From Desulfobacterales bacterium (GTDB taxonomy: Bacteria > Desulfobacterota > Desulfobacteria > Desulfobacterales > UBA2174), in assembly GCA_963668645.2 (NCBI GenBank), contig CAXXWC010000010.1, positions 192,001 through 256,000 on the forward strand: DNA of 64,000 bases, given 5' to 3'. Position numbers and translations under genes: made by a program. Shown here piece by piece: positions 58,467 through 64,000 of this stretch (position 1 is the first letter of the stretch; the number at the start of each line of letters is the position of its first letter). The notes beneath the pieces are model-generated. The model had not been told where the DNA came from. It was given only the letters and a program-made list of their open reading frames with translations, and did not search any database.

Positions 58467-60104
58467 TCAACTCCAGGGCTGCAGGCCCCAGATGAAAACC
58501 GCGATGCAGACCACCACCGCCACCAGGGGCCAGGTCAGCCCGGTGTAGCGGGTCTCGTCGTAGTGCTCGCCCCAGCCGTGGATGCGGTCGATCACCTGCA
58601 TGTCGACCGTGGTCGGGGCATAGGCTTTGAGCGCCTCGATCCGGTTGAAAACGATCGAAAGGATGATGAAAGCGGCAAAGCTCAAGGGCACGGTGACCAT
58701 GCCGCCGCTCATGCCCAGGGCCGCGGGCAGCCCCTTGCCGACGCAGATGCTCGGCAGCACGTGAGGCGAAATGACGATAAAGATGACCCCGCAAACGATC
58801 GACGAGATGATCAGGGCCAGTTTGTTGGCCTCCTTCCACCAGACCCCGAGCAAAATCCCCGGGGTGGCGGTGGTGGCCAGGAGCCCGAAGGCCCACAGGA
58901 TCGAGGTCACGAGGAACTTGGGCGGTTTGAAAGCCAGCAGGATGGCGGCAACCCCGCCCATGGCCAGGGCCACATATCCCCAATGCATCTTCTTTTTGCG
59001 ATCCATATCCGGGGCCAGGATCCCGAGCAGGTCGTTGCCCACCAGACCGGCAATGGCCATCAGATTCCCGCCGATGGTCGAAAGCCCGGCGGCCAGGGCC
59101 CCGCCCATGACGAAGGCCGCCACCAGGGTCGGATTATAGAAAACGTTGAGAATCAGCAGTGTCTGGTCCGGCTTCTTGATGACGTTGCCGGTGGTGGCGG
59201 CAAAGTAGTTACCGGCGAAACCGGCCACGTAGGTGCCGCAAAAGAGCAGGCCGAGGAAGATCACAAACCAGACCACGGCCCAGCGGGCGCTCTTGACGCT
59301 CGAAGAGGTAAAAACGCGCATGGCCAGATGCGGCAGGGCCACCGGCCCGAGGGTAAAGGCCGGAATCAGGGCGAAGTACCAGCGGAAATCGTACTTCATG
59401 TCAAAAAAGGTCGGCAGCGCCTTGAGCATGTTGGGCACCATGTCGCCGTAGGCCAAGGGCGGAAACCACCACCCCGAGGCACCCATCTGCTTCATGATCG
59501 CGCCCATGGGCACCACCATGGCCAGGGTCATGACGACCATCTGGAAGGCGGCGTTGTACGATGCCCCGTACATCCCGCCCATGGTGATGAAGCCGACGGT
59601 GGCCAGCCCGGCCACGATCAGGGCCGTGTTGTACGGCACCCCGAAGAGCAGCTCGAAGGCCCGGCCCAGACCGATCATCTGGCCCAGGGCGTACATCACC
59701 ATGATCAGGCACATCCAGCACACGATCACGATGGTGGCCCCGTTGCCGTAGCGCGCCTTGATGAAGCTGGCCGGCGTAAAGGCCTTCATGCGCCGCAGGC
59801 TCGTGCCGTACAGCAGGGTAAGCAGCGGAATGGAGATCGACCACTGGATCCACAGGTAGACAAAGGGCACTTGCAGTTTCTGGATCAGGGCGATGACGCC
59901 CAGAAAGGTCGCCAGCGAGGCCCAGGTGGCCGCCATACCCAGACCGTTGGTCACCGGTCCGATGGAAAACCCGGCGGCATAAAAATCCTCATCGCTGGAC
60001 GTCTTGCGGCTCGACCACCAGCCCACGTAATAAAAGCAGGCGAACAGGGCGACAACCACCCCAAGGCCCACCCACACGTTTTTCAGCACATATTCCATCT
60101 GCAT
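58467..60104 (-). CDS. Sodium/proton:solute symporter (ActP-like)
   Basis: DFYAAG.SI...NGL..AATW.S.ATFLG, LPH..MR.FT, AAGLST. Confidence 0.9.
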   Translation of the reverse strand: MQMEYVLKNVWVGLGVVVALFACFYYVGWWSSRKTSSDEDFYAAGFSIGPVTNGLGMAATWASLATFLGVIALIQKLQVPFVYLWIQWSISIPLLTLLYGTSLRRMKAFTPASFIKARYGNGATIVIVCWMCLIMVMYALGQMIGLGRAFELLFGVPYNTALIVAGLATVGFITMGGMYGASYNAAFQMVVMTLAMVVPMGAIMKQMGASGWWFPPLAYGDMVPNMLKALPTFFDMKYDFRWYFALIPAFTLGPVALPHLAMRVFTSSSVKSARWAVVWFVIFLGLLFCGTYVAGFAGNYFAATTGNVIKKPDQTLLILNVFYNPTLVAAFVMGGALAAGLSTIGGNLMAIAGLVGNDLLGILAPDMDRKKKMHWGYVALAMGGVAAILLAFKPPKFLVTSILWAFGLLATTATPGILLGVWWKEANKLALIISSIVCGVIFIVISPHVLPSICVGKGLPAALGMSGGMVTVPLSFAAFIILSIVFNRIEALKAYAPTTVDMQVIDRIHGWGEHYDETRYTGLTWPLVAVVVCIAVFIWGLQPWS

Positions 60105-60127
60105 GGTGTTCTCCCCCTTTTTATATA

Positions 60128-60421
60128 TCAGGCGGTCTCGCGGACCTTTTTAGCGGTTGTTTCGGTGGCCAGCGATTCCATCTCGTCGTCGAACTTGTTG
60201 CACACGATGGCCATCACGAAGCAAACAACGGCCAGGCCGAACCAGCCGAGCAGGATCGGCACGATATACTGGGTGGGAAACCCCATGAAAGTGCCGCTCT
60301 GAAGACCGGGAAACAGCACGAAAAGCGACGCACTGTGCCCCATCAGCATTAGCAGCAAGGTGAACACCACGGTGATGCGGATTTCCTTCTTGTAGAGTCT
60401 TTCTTTCGTATTCTCGCTCAT
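60128..60421 (-). CDS. Small two-TM subunit of the SSS transporter (DUF4212/DUF485-like)
   Basis: Two hydrophobic helices, FMGFP..Y; directly upstream of the symporter. Confidence 0.72.
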   Translation of the reverse strand: MSENTKERLYKKEIRITVVFTLLLMLMGHSASLFVLFPGLQSGTFMGFPTQYIVPILLGWFGLAVVCFVMAIVCNKFDDEMESLATETTAKKVRETA

Positions 60422-60494
60422 GTACGCCACCCCTTCCACGATTGCGGTTGCCGCTGGCCCGGGATCAAAAGGACCTGGCAGGATTGAAAATCAA

Positions 60495-60525
60495 GGCCGG
60501 GGCGTCCCCCACAGCCGCCCCGGCC
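60495..60525 (-). terminator. Hairpin after the acyl-CoA synthetase gene
   Basis: ggccggggcg...cgccccggcc, followed on the minus strand by ttgatttt. Confidence 0.5.
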
Positions 60526-60537
60526 CGTTGGGCCGCC

Positions 60538-62175
60538 TTACTTATTGCGGCCCCATTCCTTGTCGCGCAGATCGATGCGCCGGATCTTGCCCGAAATCGT
60601 TTTGGGCAGTGCCTCGACGAACTCGATCTTGCGCGGGTACTTGTAAGGTGCGGTCACCTTCTTGACGTAGTCCTGCAGTTCTTTGACCAGGGCGTCGGAG
60701 GCCTCGAAGCCCGGGGCCAGGATCACGAAGGCCTTGACGACTTCGCCGCGGGTTTCGTCCGGGCTGGAAACCACGGCCGATTCTGCCACGGCATCGTGCT
60801 CGATCAGGGCGCTTTCCACCTCGAAGGGACCGATCCGGTAGCCCGAGGTCAGGATCACGTCGTCGGCCCGGCCCACGAACCAGAAATAGCCGTCCTCGTC
60901 CACGTAGGCCCGGTCCCCGGTCAGGTACCAGTCGCCGCGTACCGTGGATGCGGTGCGCCCCGGGTCGTTCCAGTACTCTTTGAAAAGGCCCACCGGGCGC
61001 TCGGGCTTGATGCGCACGGCGATGTCGCCCTCGGTGTTGGGCGGCAGTTTTTCGCCGTTTTCGTCGATCACCGCCAGGTCGATCCCCGGGCTCGGCTTGC
61101 CCATGGAACCGAAGCGCGGCTCGATGCAGCGGAAACTGCCGCAGAGGCAGACGGTTTCCGTCTGGCCGTAGCCATCGCGGATGGTGCAGCCGGTGGCCTC
61201 TTTCCAGACCTCGATGATTTCAGGGTTGAGCGGCTCGCCGGCCCCCACGCAGTGGCGCAGGTTGGGGAACTTGAACTTGCTCAGGTCCTGGAGCACGAGC
61301 ATGCGGTAAATGGTCGGGGCCCCGCACATGGTGGTGACCGGGTATTGGCTCAGCAATTCGAGGGTCTTGATCGGATCGAAGCGGTCCGTGTGGTGGATGA
61401 ACTGGGCCGCCCCCTGGTTGATCGGACCGAAATAGCTGCTCCAGGCCGCCTTGGCCCAGCCGGTATCGCTGATGTTCCAGTGCATGTCCTCGGGCTTGAG
61501 ATCGAGCCAGTACTTGCCGGTGATCTGGTGGCCGATGGGATAGCTGGCGTGGGTGTGCAGGGTCATCTTGGGCATCCCGGTGGTCCCGGAGGTAAAATAG
61601 AGGATGCACCGGTCTTGGCTCTTGGTCTTGGCCGTTTCGAACTGGTCCGAAGCCGCGGCCACCGCATCGGTATAATACGTCCATCCCTGGCGCGGTTCGC
61701 TGATGACGATCTTGCTCTTGAGGTTGGGGCATCCGGCCGCCACCTCGTCCACCTTGGCGGCCAGGGCCGGATTGGTGATCACGCAGACGGCGTCCGATTC
61801 GGTCAGGCGGTACTTGATATCCTTGGCGGTGAGCTGGGTGGTGCCCGGTGAGATGACCGCCCCCATGCGGATGCAGGCCGTGAAAATTTCCCACCACTCG
61901 ACGTTGCGCGGCAGGACCACCATCACCACGTCGTCCTGCTTGACCCCCTCGGCCTTCATCACGTTGCACAACTGGCGCGAGATGCGGGTCAGGTCGGCAT
62001 AGGTCTTTTTGATCTCCTGGCCTGCATCGTCCACCCAGAGCATGGCCAGTTTGGCCGCATCCTGGGCCCACTTGTCGATCACATCACCGGCGAAGTTGAA
62101 ATATTCCGGCTTGTTCCATTTGAACGCGGCATACTCCTGGCTGTAATCGGTCATGTTGGGTTTTTCGAGATCCAT
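60538..62175 (-). CDS. Short/medium-chain acyl-CoA synthetase
   Basis: YFTSGTTGMPK, GAGEPLNPE, YGQTET, GRADDV, YKYPRKIEF, KTISGKI. Confidence 0.93.
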   Translation of the reverse strand: MDLEKPNMTDYSQEYAAFKWNKPEYFNFAGDVIDKWAQDAAKLAMLWVDDAGQEIKKTYADLTRISRQLCNVMKAEGVKQDDVVMVVLPRNVEWWEIFTACIRMGAVISPGTTQLTAKDIKYRLTESDAVCVITNPALAAKVDEVAAGCPNLKSKIVISEPRQGWTYYTDAVAAASDQFETAKTKSQDRCILYFTSGTTGMPKMTLHTHASYPIGHQITGKYWLDLKPEDMHWNISDTGWAKAAWSSYFGPINQGAAQFIHHTDRFDPIKTLELLSQYPVTTMCGAPTIYRMLVLQDLSKFKFPNLRHCVGAGEPLNPEIIEVWKEATGCTIRDGYGQTETVCLCGSFRCIEPRFGSMGKPSPGIDLAVIDENGEKLPPNTEGDIAVRIKPERPVGLFKEYWNDPGRTASTVRGDWYLTGDRAYVDEDGYFWFVGRADDVILTSGYRIGPFEVESALIEHDAVAESAVVSSPDETRGEVVKAFVILAPGFEASDALVKELQDYVKKVTAPYKYPRKIEFVEALPKTISGKIRRIDLRDKEWGRNK

Positions 62176-62389
62176 GGTGGTGACCTTCCTCCTTTCGGTT
62201 GATGAAGGCACGGGCTTGATGCGGACCGCATGCCTGATGGCTGGACAGATGTTAAGGCGTGCAACAATCGATGAAGCTTGTTTAGTGCAGCTTCCTTCTA
62301 CGTTCTCACGCAAAGCGAAACAATCAGGCCGGAACCGATTTTGCGGTGGGGTCTGCACCTATTCGGCTCGTGGAAGGAAAGCCGACAGG

Positions 62390-62410
62390 TTGTAGGTGCA
62401 AAACCTACAA
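62390..62410. promoter_or_regulatory. Palindrome upstream of the acyl-CoA synthetase, candidate response-regulator site
   Basis: ttgtaggt-gcaaa-acctacaa perfect 8-bp inverted repeat. Confidence 0.55.
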
Positions 62411-62433
62411 ACGAGAATTACTGGGGGGGGGAT

Positions 62434-63099
62434 TCAGTCAGAGGGCGACCGGCCGCCGGTGCGGGCCCAATGGACCGCGTAGCGTACCAGTTCGGTGCCG
62501 TGCTTCAGGTTGAGCTTTTCCTTGATCCGTTCGCGATAGGTGCCGATGGTCTTGATGCTCAGGTGCAGCCGGCGGGCGATTTCCCGGCTGCTCAACCCCT
62601 GGCCCAGGAGGCGGAGCACTTCCAGCTCCCTGTCGGTAAGCCGTTCGATGGGCGACTTGTCCCGGCCCATAGGGGCGGTGGCCAGGCTGGTGAGGATGTG
62701 CTCCTTGACCGGATCGTCCAGATAGATCTTGCCGTCCAGGACTTCGTGCACCGCCCGGACCACCTTGGCCATGGCCTCCTGTTTCATGATGTAGCCGCGC
62801 GCCCCGGCGTGCAAGGCCCGCTCGGCATACAAGAACGCATCGTGCATGGAAAGGATCAGCACCGGGATGCGCCCCTTGAAGCTTCGCACGACTTCGCGCG
62901 CCAGCTCGATACCGTCTCCCTGGGGCAGGGAGATGTCGGCGATGATCATATCCGGCTTGGTGCGTTCGATGGCCTGCCAGGCCTGGCTGACATTTTCGGC
63001 CCCGCCGCAGACTTCCAGGTCGTCTTCCTGGTTGATCAGTTCGGTGAGTCCCAGCCGGAAGATGGGATGGTCCTCGACGATCAAAATCCGCTTTTTCAT
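62434..63099 (-). CDS. NarL/LuxR-family response regulator
   Basis: ILIVEDHP, IADISLP, GYIMK, LTDRELEVL...LSIKTI. Confidence 0.95.
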   Translation of the reverse strand: MKKRILIVEDHPIFRLGLTELINQEDDLEVCGGAENVSQAWQAIERTKPDMIIADISLPQGDGIELAREVVRSFKGRIPVLILSMHDAFLYAERALHAGARGYIMKQEAMAKVVRAVHEVLDGKIYLDDPVKEHILTSLATAPMGRDKSPIERLTDRELEVLRLLGQGLSSREIARRLHLSIKTIGTYRERIKEKLNLKHGTELVRYAVHWARTGGRSPSD

Positions 63100-64000
63100 G
63101 TCCGGTATGTTCCCTTATCGAAGTTGGGGCAAGGCAAGGTCAAGACCACCCGGCAACCGCCGGCCGCACCGGCGTCAATCTCCAGAGTCGCCCCGATAAT
63201 CCTGGCACGGAAGCCCATGATGCGCAATCCCATGCCGCTGCCGTCGACTTCTGCCGGCATGCCGCTGCCGTCGTCTGCAATCGCGAGGCGGACCGAGCCC
63301 TCAGCACGGGTCAGGGTCATCTCGATGTTCCGGGCCCGGCCGTGGCGCACGGCGTTGTGCAGGGCCTCTTGGGCGATGCGGAACACGTGGGTGGCGGTGA
63401 CATTGTCGCGCACCGGGGCTTCGGCGTCGCAGCGGAACCGGCACTGGATCCCGAAAACGGCGCCGGTATTGGCCGCCAGCTCGTTGAGCGAGGCCTCGAG
63501 CCCGTGGTCGACCAGGTAAACCGGGCACAGGCCCCGGGCCAGGCGCCGCGTCTTGGAGATCGCCTCCTGGATCAGGTGCTTGATATTGCCGGCCAGATCG
63601 GTTTCAGGGGCCGATAGGGCCCCCAGCTTGCGGGTCAGCACAGCGCAAAGCCCCTCGATGCCGATCAGATGCGGGGCCAGATCGTCATGCAGGTCGTGGC
63701 CGATATTCTGGCGCTCCTGGTCGCCGATATCCATGATCTCTTTTTCGAGCCGGCGCAGCTCCGAGATATCGCGGTGGATGGTAACGCAGCCGATCAGCTG
63801 GTCTTCCCGGTTGCGGTAGACCGCCCCCGAGATGCTCACCTCGATCTGGCGCCCGTCCTTGGTGTAGCGCCGGGTTTCGACCGGCGTCAGACGCTGGCCG
63901 TGCATCAGGCGGCTGAGTCCCTGGCGTACGGTTTCCCAGGTGTCGGCCGGCACGAAGCGGTCCAGGCGCTTGCCGAGGCATTCGTCCGGGGTCCATCCGT
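63096..64000 (-). CDS. PAS sensor histidine kinase (HisKA_3 type), 5' end outside window
   Basis: PAS/PAC, ERQNIGHDLHDDL, FRIAQEALHNAVRH, DDGSG, GMGL. Confidence 0.92.
   Translation of the reverse strand, partial: GWTPDECLGKRLDRFVPADTWETVRQGLSRLMHGQRLTPVETRRYTKDGRQIEVSISGAVYRNREDQLIGCVTIHRDISELRRLEKEIMDIGDQERQNIGHDLHDDLAPHLIGIEGLCAVLTRKLGALSAPETDLAGNIKHLIQEAISKTRRLARGLCPVYLVDHGLEASLNELAANTGAVFGIQCRFRCDAEAPVRDNVTATHVFRIAQEALHNAVRHGRARNIEMTLTRAEGSVRLAIADDGSGMPAEVDGSGMGLRIMGFRARIIGATLEIDAGAAGGCRVVLTLPCPNFDKGTYRT

Noticed and set aside
1..64000. CRISPR array, tRNA, rRNA or prophage genes
   Set aside because: No regularly spaced repeats, cloverleaf/rRNA signatures or phage structural genes seen

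Overview
GC-rich chromosomal segment whose gene content (rnfCDGEAB, fhs, DUF3786, DUF6125, acyl-CoA catabolism) suggests an anaerobic Deltaproteobacterium, probably Desulfobacterales-like (inference). Housekeeping blocks: trxB end, rnf operon, Usp, fcl, RNase II-family, heterodimeric ABC exporter, fhs, B12-radical SAM, MocR regulator, speB/pdaD, and a large acyl-CoA/branched-acid catabolic cluster with SSS transporter, HD-GYP protein and NarL-type two-component system. Three accessory/defence hot spots interrupt them. (1) ~0.7-5.7 kb: gene relics, a GmrSD(DUF262)-HNH-AlbA_2/Schlafen gene split by an IS3 element (3-bp TSD), and a four-helix-bundle gene. (2) ~26-37 kb: a 980-bp tandem duplication of a nucleotidyltransferase pair, one copy hit by IS66 (8-bp TSD), followed by an AT-rich three-gene cassette (P-loop kinase-like/NDT-like fusion, glutaredoxin-like peptide, PNP/MTAN-methyltransferase fusion) that appears to sit in a GxxExxY relic; this is the best candidate for an undescribed system. 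(3) ~40-47 kb: a C-protein-regulated BamHI-like restriction-modification cassette with two methyltransferases, flanked by ~210-bp direct repeats, plus a Fic gene. No rRNA, tRNA or CRISPR array seen. All family calls come from reading motifs by eye; no database search was run.
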